From NCBI GenBank assembly GCA_030390025.1, contig CM059432.1, positions 136,960,001 through 137,024,000 on the forward strand: a DNA stretch of 64,000 nt, written 5' to 3'. Source of the DNA: Squalus acanthias. Its lineage: Eukaryota. Positions 38,034 to 50,710 of this stretch are shown one piece after another. Below the pieces are notes generated by a model that was given only the letters and a program-made list of their open reading frames with translations, was not told where the DNA came from and did not search any database. Positions within the stretch are counted from its first letter, which is position 1; each line of letters begins with the position of its first letter. The translations under genes and the position numbers were made by a program.

Positions 38034-38763
38034 GGGGGGGAGAAATTCCCGTCCTTTACGCCTCCCGTGGGGGCTGCTAACGGGACGCAAACGCCTTTTC
38101 GCCTGGCCGCGGTGCTGACCGCGCCTCCCGACAAATTCCGCGGGAGGTTAGCGGCGGCGCTACCGGGTTGCGCCCCGATCTCATGCGCCCGGAGATCATG
38201 ATGTCATCTCCGGGCGCATCGCTCCGGTAGCGCCCGGGCAGAAAAATTCCCCTCGCCCCCCCTGCAGCAGCGCCGGGCAATGGCAGCGACTGCTGCAGGG
38301 GACGCGAGCAGGGCGGCCGGCCGCTAGCGGGGCGGAAGTTAAAGGTGAGGTGGTCGGCCGCCCTGAAAAAAACATCGGCTTTTCTGAAAAATGTTTTTTT
38401 TGCTCCTTGATTGCCGGGCTGATCGCACGGCATCCCTGCTCCCCGGTGCTGCAGGCAAGTAAAAAAAAACTCCAGCGTTCGCAGCATGGGGCCTTTCCTT
38501 TAACTCAGGGAAGAGCCCCTGCACCGTGTCAGTGCCACGTGGCCCAGTGCGTGGCGCTGCTGAGCCGTGCGCCCCAGGTCGCGAACTTCCCCCGCCCTTG
38601 CGCTCCAGGAAGGATGTGGAGCGCCTGATTTAGCGCTCCACTTCCCTCTTGGAGCAACAAGTGGGAATTTTTGAAAGGCCGGAAGAGGTTAGTGCCTGGC
38701 GCTAACTTTTCCAGCTTTTCCGATTTAGCGCCCCAAACGGGGCTTGAGGGGAATTTCTAGCCC
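38034..38763. mobile_element. GC-rich Harbinger-type MITE
   Basis: TIRs gggggagaaattccc / gggaatttctagccc; related to the 14262 and 56307 MITEs. Confidence 0.78.
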
Positions 38764-38825
38764 ATCAAGTCTTTGTGACTTTTTTGGGCAAAACAGGAAG
38801 GAGCAGTATTTCGTGTCATGTTCTA

Positions 38826-39720
38826 CGAGGGGTTTTGACAGAGCAGATCGGGAGAAAATGTTTCCACTGGGGTCGGTAACCAGAGGACACAGATTCAATA
38901 TAACTGGCAAAAAAGCCAGAGGGGAGATGAGGAGAATCAATTTTTTTTTACGCGGCGAGCTGTTATGATCTGGAAGGCACTGCCTGAAAGGGCAGTAGAA
39001 GCAGATTCATTAGTAACTTTCAAAAGGGAATAAAGGAAAGACTTGCATTTCAATAGCGCCTTTCACGACCATCAGACGTCCCAAAGCGCTTTGCAGCCCA
39101 TGAAGTACTTTTTGAAGTATAGTCACTGTTGTATTGTGGGAAATACGGCAGCCAATTTGCGCACAGCAAGCTCCCACAAACAGCAATCTGATAATGACCA
39201 GATAATCTGTTTTTTTTAGTGATGTCGGTTGAGGGATAAATATTGGCCAGGACACTGGGGATAACTCCCCTGCTCTTCTTCGAAATAGTGCCATGAGAAT
39301 CTTTTGCGTACACCTGAGAGAGCAGACGGGGCCCCGGTTTAATATCTCATCCGAAAGACTCCCTCAGCGCTGCATTGAAGTGTCAACCTAGATTTTGTAC
39401 TCAAGTCTCTGGAGTGGGATTTTGAACCCACAACCTTCTGAGTCAGAGGCAAGAGTGCTACCAACTGAGCCACGGCTGACTCCGATATAATATATTGCAG
39501 TGGGGCTGTAGATTCTTTCTGGATAGATGAGCTGAATGGCTTTCCTCGATCATACCTACCTTGCCACAGCTGACACATTGGATATATACTTGAAAAGGAC
39601 AAATTTGCAGGGCTATGGGGAAAGAGCAGGGAAAAAAGTGGGACTAATTGGATAGCTCTTTCAAAGAGCTGGCAAAGACATGATGGGCCGAATGGCCTCC
39701 TTCTGTGTTGTATGATTCTA
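38826..39720 (+). mobile_element. CR1 3' end split by a minus-strand SacSINE1-type SINE (~39033-39481)
   Basis: FDRADREKMFP...TRGHRF; the tail resumes at ~39580. Confidence 0.8.
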
Positions 39721-40161
39721 TAATTTACAGCGAGTTAAAACAAAACAAAAGCAGTTCTGTGAATATTTTCTTTTAAATCACAGTTTAACGTACCAGAAAT
39801 CACATAAATGGAGAAAATGAACGCATATCTTATTGTTGGGATAAACCAGTGGGATGAATTCAGACTTTGATGATGGGGTGATTCTGCCCCCACTATACCT
39901 GAGATTTGGATGTTCAAAATCTAGAATGTGAGAAGCAAGCATGCTGTGTATGCAAGGACAGAGTCTCAGGACCACTGAAGATACAAAATACATTGCTCCT
40001 CCCACAGTGCCCTTGGTCTTATATCCCCCACCCCAAGCCATACACACTAGGCTCTCAGTAAATGCAAGCATAGTCCCCCAACACCACTGGACTGTCAATA
40101 GAATCTAGATGGAGAAACAAACTGCTCAGGAAAAATGGATGGAAAAAGTGCAACAAAGCAA

Positions 40162-41338
40162 GAAGGAACTTGCATTTCTATAGCGCCTTTCATGACCTCA
40201 GGATGTCCCAAAGCGCTTCACAGCCAATGAAGTACTTTTGAAGTGTAGTCACTGCTGTAATGTTGGAAATGCGACAGCCAATTTGCGCACAGCAAGCTCC
40301 CACAAACAGACATGTAATAATGATCAGATAATGGGCCGAAAATTGATCCCGGGACGCGAGAGTACGCACTGCGTACTCTCGCGTATTCCCACTCCAATTG
40401 CCGGTTTTCTGCATGCCCTGCGCATGCGCTGAAAACCGGCAATTGCTCTTCAGAAAAGGGGGCGGGTCCTGGGTGCATCGCGTGCGCGCTACAGGTGGCG
40501 CGCACGCTGTGCACTTCATGCTTTGGACGCGCAGGTAAGTACTGAAGATTTTGGAAATGTAAAAAGGAGGAGTAAGACCCGCTTTTAAGAAGGTAAGTAG
40601 TGAATTAAGTATTTTTTTGAATTTTTTTTTACAGGTATATCTTTTTTAGAGACTTTAAAGACAGGTAAGTTTATTTTTAAAACTTTTTAAAAGATTTTAA
40701 ATTTTTTCAAAAATTTAATTTTTTATTTAAAATGGTTAATTTAATTAACTATACTTATTTTATTAATGTGATGGGTTTTTTTTAAAATTTAATTGAGGTT
40801 TAGCTGTTATTTTGGGGGGGTGTAAGATTCATAGATTTCACAGCCATGCTGTGAGACTTATGAATGGAAGATGGTGTGCTGCCATTGGCTCTAACTGAGT
40901 CACGTGATCCCACAGCTCGCACGAATTCACTACGCCGCTGGGATACGCAAGCCCAGCACAGCTGATGTCTGGAACATCAAGTTCGTGCGAGCTGGATCTG
41001 AAAAAGCACAAGCGAGGTGAGACATCGCGGGGAAGGCTTACCCCCGCGGGAACAGAGCGAGATCAATTTCTGGGCCAATCTGTTTTAGTGATGTTGGTTG
41101 AGGGATAAATATTGGCCAGGACCACCGGGGAGACACAAATACATTGCTGTATCCACCAAGAAACTGCTCATGTATCCACCCCACCCCAAACCTTGCTTTT
41201 TCTTCGAATAGTGCCGCGGGATCTTTTGCGTCCACCTGAGAGGGCAGACGGGGCCTCGGTTTAACGTCTCACCTGAAAGACGGCACCTCCGACAGTGCAG
41301 CACTCCCTCAGCACTGCACTGAAGTGTCAGCCTAGATC
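40162..41338 (-). mobile_element. SacSINE1-type SINE interrupted by a MITE
   Basis: gatcagataat and ctgttttagtgatg rejoin across the insertion. Confidence 0.85.
40333..41076. mobile_element. Harbinger-type MITE with AT-rich core
   Basis: TIRs gggccgaaaattgatc / gatcaatttctgggcc; TSD AAT; related partial copy at ~61020-61540. Confidence 0.82.
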
Positions 41339-41972
41339 TAGAAATAACATACATAGAATATAATAAATATAAAAAAATATAAAATAACCCAACCTATCTG
41401 CTGCAATTCCACAAAACATGGGAACATACAAGACTTTTAAAATGTCACAGAAATATACTACATATTAAAATGGTACAAATAAGGTAAATCCAGAGCATTA
41501 CTTCAATGTAGAGCAAGGGGTCCAGGCTAAAACTGGTGCAAAGACAATTTAGGTCATGACAGATATTAGAAAGAACTTCTTCACACAAAGAGTGATCAAA
41601 TATTTGGCATGGTGTTAAGGGTAGGGCAGTGGATTGGAGGCAAAAATCTTCGATTCATTCATCAGATGATGCGATGGGGGCTTCTGCACATTATTTTTTT
41701 TAATGGATGTCTTATCTTGTGAACACAAATATGCAAAAAGGACACAAGTCAAGAGATTGCCTATCTGTACCTTTTAAGGCTTTAATTTTCTCTGTTGTAT
41801 AATTTGAAACAGAAAAAAGTAGATAGAATAAAAAGAGGAAAGCCTGGTTACTTGTTTGTGTTTGAGGATTCATATCAGTTCAAAATTACATTATGGATTT
41901 TTTATTGAAAAATATGGAGCAAAGACAATTTTCTGCTTGGGCCTTGTTAAACACCATGAATGAAAATTAATT

Positions 41973-42424
41973 GGATGCATTTAAGGGGAAGTTATGTAAT
42001 TACATGAAGGAGAAAGGAATAGAAGGTTATGCTGATAGGGTGAGATGAAGAGTGGTGGGAGGAGGCTCATGTGGAGCATGGACCAGTTGGGCTGAATGGC
42101 CTGTTTCTTTGCGGTACATTCTATGTAAGATGTATAACTGAGTTGCATGCGATGCAGTGAAATAACGTTTTTCACAGGTTTATTGAACTCTGATGATGCC
42201 CCGTGTGGTGCGCTCTTGATTCTGACTGGATTGTGAGGGAGGGAGCGAGTGGGAGCCGGGGACTTCACGACAGGGGGGGCCAAGAAAAAAAATGGATCAG
42301 AAATCCTCGGGCAATGTTGTTTACTTTGTTGTGGCCAGAACAAGTTCTGTAAGGTCAATTTCTCTTCACCAGCATAGACCAGTTGGGCCGAATGGCCTGT
42401 TTCTTTGCGGTACATTCTACGTAA
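41973..42424 (+). mobile_element. CR1 3' end containing the templated insertion 42080-42367
   Basis: The CR1 tail occurs twice (~42076-42128 and 42368-42424) around the copied segment. Confidence 0.85.
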
Positions 42425-42624
42425 AAACTTGTGCAGTATTCCATGGCAGCACAGTCAAATCAAAGTGAATATTTTACTGCAGGTTAGAGCTTAATGAAAG
42501 GGAATGTTTCAAAAAGGGAGATAGAGCTCGTCCCAGTAATTAGTCATATTAGTTTAACTGCTGAGGAAAGTGAAACTTTGAAAATCTTTAATTAAGGATA
42601 AAACTACAAGGTAAAAGATAACTT

Positions 42625-45600
42625 TAGTAGATTATTTGGTCATTGTGTTTAAAACCATGAAGGGTTTAGATAGAATAAAAAAGGAGAAACTGTTTCCAAT
42701 GGCTGTAGAGTCGATAACCAGAGGGCACAGATTTAAGGTGATTGGCAAAAGAACCAGAGGCGACATGAGGAAAAACTTTTATACGCAACGAGTGGTTAGG
42801 ATTTGGAATGCACTGCCTGATAGGATGGTCGATACAGATTCAATAGTAGCTTTCAAAAGGGAATTGGATAAATACTTGAAGGAGAAATAATTTCAGGTAT
42901 ATGGGGAAAGAGTGGGGCAGTGGGAGTAACTGGAATTTTTTTTATTCGTTCCTGGGATGTGGGCATCACTGGCAAGGCCAGCATTTATTGCCCATCCCTA
43001 ATTGCCCTTGAGAAGGTGGTGGTGAGCTGCCTTCTTGAACCGCTGCAGTCCGTGTGGTGAAGGTACTCCCACAGTGCTGTTCGGGAGGGAGTTCCAGGAT
43101 TTTGACCCAGTGACGATGAAGCATCAGCGATATATTTCCAAGTCAGGATGGTGTGTAACGTGGAGGGAAACTTGCAGGTGATGGTGTTCCCATGCGCCTG
43201 CTGCCCTTGTCCTTCTAGGTGGAAGAGGTCACAATTTTGGGAGGTGCTGTCGAAGAAGCCTGGGCGAGTTGCTGTAGTGCATCTTGTAGATGGTACACAC
43301 TGCAGACACATTGCACCAGTGGTGGAGGGAGTGAGTGTTTAAGGTAGTGGATGGGGTACCGATCAAACGGGCTGTTTTGTCCTGGATGGTGCTGAGCTTC
43401 TTAAGTGTTGTTGGAGCTGCACTCATCCAGGCAAGTGGAGAGTATTCCATCACACTCCTGACTTGTGCCTTGTAGATGGTGGAAAGGCTTTGGGGAGTCA
43501 GGAGGTGAGACACTTGCCACAGAATACCTAGCCTCTGACCTGCTCTTGTAGCCACAGTATTTATGTGGCTGGTCCAGTTAAGTTTCTGGTCAATGGTGAC
43601 CTCCCAGGATGTTGATGGTGGGGGATTCGGCAATGGCAATGCCGTTGAATGTCAAGGAGCAGTGGTTAGTCTCTCGCTTGTTGGAGATAGTTATTTCCTG
43701 GCACTTGTATGGCGCGAATGTTACTTGCCACTTATCAGACCAAGCCTGAATGTCATCCAGGTCTTGCTGCATGCGGGCATGGACTGCTTCATTATCTGAG
43801 GAGTTGTGAATGGAACTGAACACTGTGCAATCATCAGCAAACATCCTCACTTCTGACTTTATGATGGAGGGAAGGTCATTGATGAAGCAGCTGAAGATGG
43901 TTGAGCCCAGGACACTGCCCTGAGGAACTCCTGCAGCGATGTTCTGGGGCTGAGATGATTGACCTTCAATCACCACAACCATCTTCCTTTGTGCTAGGTA
44001 TGACTCCAGCCAGTGGAGCGTTTTCCCCCTGATTCCCATTGACTTCAATTTTACTAGGGCTCCTTGATGCCACACTCGGTCAAATGCTGCCTTGATATCA
44101 AGGGCAGTCACTCTCACCTCACCTCTGGAATTCAGCTCTTTTGTCCATGTTTGAAAAAAGGCTGTAATGAGGTCTGGAGCCGAGTGGTCCTGGCGGAACC
44201 CAAACTGAGCAGCAGTGAGCAGGTTATTGGTGAGTAAGTGCCGCTTGATAGCACTGTCAACGACACCTTCCATCACTTTGCTGATGATTGAGAGTACACT
44301 TATGGGGCTGTAATTGGCCGGATTGGATTTGTCCTGCTTTTTCTAGACAGGACATACCTGGGCAGTTTTCCACATTGTCGGGTAGATGCCAGTGTTGCAG
44401 CTGTACTGGAACAGCTTGGCTAGAGGCACGGCTAGTTCTGGAGCACAAGTCGGGGCCCATAGCCTTTGCTATATCCAGTGCGCTCAGCTGTTTCTTGATA
44501 TCATGTGGAGTGAATAGAATTGGCTGAAGACTGGCTTCTGTGATGGTGGAGACCTCAGGAGGAGGCCGATATGGATCATCCACTTGGCACTTCTGGCTGA
44601 AGATGGTTGCAAACGCTTCAGCCTTGTCTTTTGCACTCACGTGCTGGGCTCCACCATCATTGAGGATGGGAATATTCATGGAGCCTCCTCCTCCCTTTAG
44701 TTGTTTAATTGTCCACCACCATTCACGACTGGATGTGGCAGGACTGTAGAGTTTTGATCTGATCCGTTGATTGTGGGATCGCTTAACTCTGTCTCTCGCG
44801 TGCTGCTTCCGCTGTTTAGCATGCATGTAGTCCTGTGTTGCAGCTTCCCCAGGTTTGGCACCTCATTTTTAGGTATGCCTGGTGCTGCTCCTGGCATGCT
44901 CTTCTGCACTCCTCATTGAACCAGGGTTGGTCCCCTGGCTTGATGGTAATGGTAGAGTGAGGGATATGCCGGGCCATGAGGTTACAGATTGTGGTGGAAT
45001 ACAATTCTGCTGCTGCTGATGGCCACAGCACCTCATGGATGCCCAGTTTTGAGCTGCTAGATCTGTTCTGAATCTATCCCATTTAGCATGGTGGTAGTGC
45101 CACACAACACGATGGAGGGTATCCTCAGTGTGAAGACGGGACTTCATCTCCACAAGGACTGTGCGGTGGTCACTGCTACCAATACTGTCATCGACAGATG
45201 CATCTGCGACAGGTAGATTGGTGAGGACGAGATCAAGTAGGTTTTTCCCTCGTGTTGGTTCTCTCCCCACCTGCCGCAGCTCTTGCTGCCCTCAGTGCTT
45301 CTTCCAAGTGGTGTTCAACATGGAGGAGTACTGATTCATCAGCTGAGGGAGGGCGGTAGGTGGTAATCAGCAGGTTTCCTTGCCCGTGCTTGACCTGAAG
45401 CCATGAGACTGCATGGGATCCAGAGTCAATGTTGAGGACTCCCAGGGCCACTCCCTCCCGACTGTATACCACTGTGCCGCCACCCCTGGTGGGCCTGTCC
45501 TGCCGGTGGGACAGAACATACCCAGGGATGATGATGGAGGAATCTGGGACATTGGCTGAAAGGTATGATTCTGTGAGTATGACTATGTCAGACTTTTGCT

Positions 45601-46060
45601 TGACTAGTCTGTGGGACAGCTCTCCCAATTTTGGCACAAGTCCCCAGATGTTAGTGAGGCGGACTTTGCTGGTTCGACTGGGCTGGGTGTGCCGTTGTTG
45701 TGTCCGAAGCCGGTGCCGAGGTCGATGTCGGGTGGTCCGTCCGGTTTTATTCTTCTTATTGCTTTTCGTAGCGGTTGTGTACAACTGAGTGGCTTGCTAG
45801 GCCATTTCAGAGGGCTATTATGAGTCAACCACATTGCTGTGGGTCTGGAGTCACAAATAGGCCAGACCAGGTAAAGATGGCAGATTTCCTTCCCTAAAGG
45901 ACATTCGTGAACCAGATGGCTTTTTACGACAATCCGATAGTTTCATGGTCACCATTACTGATACTAGCTTTTTATCCCAGATTGCTGTTCGAAAGAGCCA
46001 GTGCGGACTTGCTGGGCCGAATGGCCTCCTTCTGTGCTGTACTATTCAATGATTCTATGA
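42625..46060 (+). mobile_element. CR1 3' end (42625-42935, 45984-46060) split by the Zenon-like LINE
   Basis: FKTMKGLDRIKKEKLFP...FKRELDKYL; the tail resumes at tgctgttcgaaagagcc. Confidence 0.82.
42936..45983 (-). mobile_element. Near-full-length degenerate CR1-group LINE, Zenon-like (APE endonuclease + RT)
   Basis: EN: DIVILTESYL, IPGY...[77 protein letters not shown]. Several frameshifts. Confidence 0.9.
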
Positions 46061-48243
46061 TATCAGCAAATTCTTCTTCACACAGAGAGTGGTCAACATT
46101 TGGGAATGGACTTTCTGGTAGTGGTAGAGTTGAAAACCCTGGATTCCTTTAAGACACAATTAGCTGCAATGGCATTTTGGGCTGTAGGGCACTTCTGGAT
46201 GAGTGAACTCACATGGTCTTCCTCATCCATAATGATCTTGTGAGCGTCAAAATGAAATGTCCATCTATCATTAGCCAAGCATATATTCCTCTTGCCCACC
46301 CCAAAACAGTGGGCAATGCTCATTCTCAGAAGAAAGAACAAATAAAGATGTTTGCTTCACAGTTCCCTAAAGAATGGAAGTTCAGCTATCAGTTGTCACC
46401 CCTGGGCTGGCTGAGAGGGCACATGAAGGGCAGTTATCCAACCACCCTACTGGCTGTGAGCCTTGTCCACCAGCCGGGACAACTGTGGAGTCTAGGTCTA
46501 CAAATGGCACTTAAATTAGCAGTCAGAATATCATACGTAGCATGTGCCCGAATTTCCATGGAATGCTTCTGGGGCTGGCTGGGAGCATGAATTCAGTAAA
46601 CTGCCCCATCAGGCACCACCACCCCCACCACCCCCCCAACCACCCCCCTCCCCCCACGTGCCAGCACAGAGCACTGCCATTAGCTTCTGGCTAGGTTCCA
46701 ACAAAAACATTTCTTTCTAAGCACAAGGCACAAGAGAACAAATTATTCATACATGTCTGGAAAAACAGCTGTAAGAGGAAGACAATAGTTTATAGGGCCT
46801 GTCAAATGCACATGTCAGCTGTCAAGACCGAATGCTACCATATTGTGAAATGATAAAGCAAAAAATTTAAAACCAATAAAATAGGGTATCTATTTCAACT
46901 CAAGCCCCCAGGCACTTTTTAAAAAATAAAGTAAGGACTTTGAAAGGAAGTTATTTCTCACGCAAGATTCCCAACATTGTAGCAGGCAGCGTTTTAAAGA
47001 CCTTTAGTTAATATTCCATTTTCTCTAGGTCGCTCGCCTTCGGTGATGTTCTGCACATTCTCCTTCAGCTGGGAGTGCAAATAAAGAAAAAATCCCCAAT
47101 TAAATTGTGCACTCACAGCCTGAGGTCCTCCACACATTAACTTTAACAGATCTAGAATTGCAGACTGGAAGCACGCAATCTTGTAACATGCACACGAAGG
47201 AGCAATGCAGCAAATTGTTTCCCCTTCATGGCACCCAGGCATATGTCGATAAAGGTATATGGTTTCCTTCAACTCACAACCTCTCAACGCTATTTCTCTT
47301 CTGGACAACAAGATGGCACACAAAACACTGGATTAGACCCAGATTGGAGAAGGGCTCCAGAATCGGGAGTCCTTGATTCCCATAGAAGAGTCTGTCCTGG
47401 ACAACCTTGTAAACAAGAGCAAGGAAACAATAGAGAAAGATAGAAGCTGCAAGTTTCCTCCCAAGCTCCTGGTTGGTACCATTCTTCTCTTGCGCCTTGT
47501 CCCCCTTCGCACTCGCTGCCACAGGTATATAAACAACCTCACAGACACCATGTACAGTATCTTGCAATGCAAACTCGCTTTCTGGAAGTGGAAGTGGTTC
47601 CAGATGATCAAGAAATCTTCAATTGCCCCTCGTGCAGCCAATTAAATGTGGAAATTCTGGTAAAGGGCTACGCGACAATATGTGTCATGACATTGATTAA
47701 GGAGAGACAGCACTGTTGCGTTGTTGAACTGGTGGAGGAAGGTATATTGACAGGGAATCTAGTAAGCGAAGGTTCAGTTGAATTAGCCATAACTCTGTAC
47801 AGAATAATTGCAGTAAATCCACTTTAACATCAAATTTTAAAGAAGAGGACACATTTGTGGACGCAGAAGGACTTTTGAATTAGGAGCTATCTACCAGGGT
47901 GGAACAAAGAAGGTTGACTCAAGAGATTCATACCATCACTTAGCAATATAAACTGCTCACTGCACTTTCTCATGTGGATCCAATGGACAGCATGGACAAT
48001 GACATTTTAAAACGTGCTATTCTTATTTCTCAATGACTTATTTCCTAAAGCATACAGGAAGTGTACAGACAAAATTTGAAGAAGTTGCTGAAAGCACTGT
48101 ATAGCACTTAGAGAATTAGTCACACAAGATTGGAGGAAATGTGGAAACTGTGGCTAAACGAGGAGAATGTACCAGATTATAAGGATCTGCAACAATTGAC
48201 GTTAAAGGATTGATTTCTGGAATATGATGGAATGATATGGTTG

Positions 48244-48550
48244 GCTCCTCCACTTCTGGCCTCTTGCGCATCCCCGATTTTCATCGCTCCTCCGTTTGCG
48301 GCTGTGCCCTCAGCTGCCTAGGCCCTAAACTCTAGAATCCCCTCACTGAAACTCTCCGTCCCCTCAACCTCTCTCTCCTCCTTTAAGATGCTCCTTAAAA
48401 CCTACCTCTTTGGCCAAGCTTTTGGTCACCTGCTCTAATATCTCCTTATGTGGCTCGGTGTCAAATTTTTGTCTTATAATACTCCTGTGAAGGGCCTTGG
48501 GACCTTTTACTACGTTAAAGGTGCTATATAAATACAAGTTGTTGTTGTTG
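48244..48550 (+). mobile_element. L2 3' end
   Basis: Matches 2340-2646; (ttg)n end. Confidence 0.88.
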
Positions 48551-49134
48551 TATGGTGGCCTGTATTCACAATCTTAATGATTCTGTTGATTAACCGCTGG
48601 TTAAATCCAGCTACAATATCACTTCTGGCCAGAGTGAAAGAGGTCACGGTTCCTATGTTCCTACTGTTCAACGGTGTGATGGGAACATTTCCTTGTCAGA
48701 ATTGCATAGATCAGACACTCACTCTGTGAGAAACTGTGGTGTTGAATTTATTACCATAGCTTTGGGCCAAAGCATGTTGGAGCATGACCATTTTTTTGCC
48801 ACTACTTCTTGCATGGGTCGATATGGCTAATGTGAAGCTTCGGCCAGCAAGCTTTTTCATCTCAAAAAATACATAAATAAATGTAAAGGCTTCTCTCCTT
48901 AGAAAGCGGGATCAAAAATAAATCCTCGTTCATCCTCATTAGGTCGGAAGAAGCAGGTATTGACTTGCAGAGAGCTTCGTTGCTCAAAGAAAATGTTTAT
49001 TTAATGGATTCTGCTAAACCAATGGCATTAAAAACACTTTGCCCCATTTGGAAAGCAAGACAAGATCCAAAATATTTAAAGTAGGTACCCTGATCCAAAG
49101 GATTGTAGAAGTGATAATGTGAAGTGTTATCAAG

Positions 49135-49460
49135 AATATACGAACAAGAGTGGGCCATTCAGGCCCTCGAGTCTGTTCCACCATTCAATGGTTGCTCTGT
49201 ACCTTCACTCCATCCACCTGCCTTGGCTCCATATCCATTTATACACTTGGTTTGCAAAAATCTATCGATCTCAGATTTAAAATTATTAAGTGAGTTTGCA
49301 TCTACTGCTTTTTGTGGACGAGAGTTCCACAGTTTTTCCACCCTTTGTGTGAAGAAGTGTTTCCTAATTTCCCTCCTGAATGGCCTGGCTCTGATTTTAA
49401 GGTAATGTCTCCTTGTCCTAGACTCCCCCAGCAGTGGAAAAGTTGTCTCTCTATCTACCC
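49135..49460 (-). mobile_element. CR1 3' fragment
   Basis: LWNSRPQKAVDANSLNNFKSEIDRFL plus tail. Confidence 0.85.
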
Positions 49461-49796
49461 GAAGAGGTGTTCAAACAAGTAATGATTTCACCCAAAGCCT
49501 CTGCTTGATCTTGTTTATACATGAATGATGGATATGTGAAGTTTAAATTTAGCATTTTTAAAGAAAAAAAATGCAGAATGGGAGTTTTGGGTGGATGCGC
49601 TCTCCTGCTTGTTCAGGTGGTCTATACATTTACCCACTTTTCTGCCTGCTGGAATTTTGTTAATCTTTGTTTCACTGACTGTTAATGTGGGTCGGCTATT
49701 TTCTCCAGTCATCTGCACCTTCTTGGTACTAGAGATATCTAGTATTGCCATGTTCTTGTAGTTCCGTTGAACCAAGAATTGCCTTAAATTCTTGTA

Positions 49797-50010
49797 GCAT
49801 TTATCCCTCAATGAACACCTAAAACAGACAATCTGGTCATTTATTCCATTGCTGTTTGTGGGAGCTTGCTGTGCGCAAGCTGGCTGCTGCTCTTCCTACA
49901 TTACAACAGTGACAATACTTCAAAAGTACTTCATTAGCTGTAAAGTGCTTTGGGACGTCCTGAAGTCATGAAAGATGCTATATAAATGCAAGTTCTTTCT
50001 TTCTTCCTTT
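49797..50010 (+). mobile_element. SacSINE1-type 3' fragment
   Basis: Tail and (cttt)n. Confidence 0.82.
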
Positions 50011-50396
50011 TCATTTTATAATAAGAAGCTCTTTCTGAGACGTAGTCCTTGGTGGGGTGTTGCGTACCACATTGCTTATTTCTGCCAGTGGGAAATATAA
50101 TTTGACTCATTGCCAAGGGTCAAGTGGCTCATTTCCTGATGTTAAGCACTTCACTTCCCACATTGGCTTAATGGCTGCTGAAGGACAATTCCTCTCCATT
50201 AGTTTCTGTACTGTTTGTGACTGATTATTTAAAATTCCCAAGATTTTAATTTTAGGGAGTACGGTTTCACTTAGAAATGAACCACTTTTGTCCCCAGTTG
50301 CCTTTTCTCCTGTATCAGCTGAAATTCTGGAAGCAGTTAGCACTAACTTCTACCAAGGCACAAATGGGTCTGTAGTAAACTAATTGATAGCTATTA

Positions 50397-50710
50397 CAGG
50401 TCGAGCGTCCTGAATCCGGCAACCTCGGGACCGAGGCCGATCCGGTTTTCGTGTTTTTCCGGACTTCGGAACGTGTTTCTGATGTCCGAAGTCCGGAAAT
50501 ATCACAACCTGGGCTCGGGCATTTCCGGACTTCGGACATCAGAAACACGTTCCGAGTCCGGAAATGCCTGGGCCCAGGTTGCGGTTTGACAGGGCGTCCG
50601 GATTCCGGATCATTTTACAGATTCCGGACGACCCTGCCACCAATCGTTCCGGAGTCCGGATTCCAGAACATTCCGGATTCCGGAACTCCGGATTTTGGAC
50701 ACTCAACCTG
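50397..50710. mobile_element. Tc1/mariner-pogo (Tigger-like) MITE
   Basis: TIRs caggtcgagcgtcc / ggacactcaacctg; TA TSD at 50395-50396 and 50711-50712. Confidence 0.85.

Larger units (their letters stand above)
47000..49520 (+). pseudogene. Tentative fossil KDZ/HMGXB3-like (Zisupton-related) transposase
   Basis: Ordered but weak motif remnants across frames (see findings); interrupted by L2 and CR1. Confidence 0.4.

Noticed and set aside
42190..42224. TGATGA...CTGA resembling a C/D box snoRNA
   Set aside because: The boxes are only ~35 nt apart, there is no terminal stem, and the 9.5-kb copy has TTGA in place of CTGA
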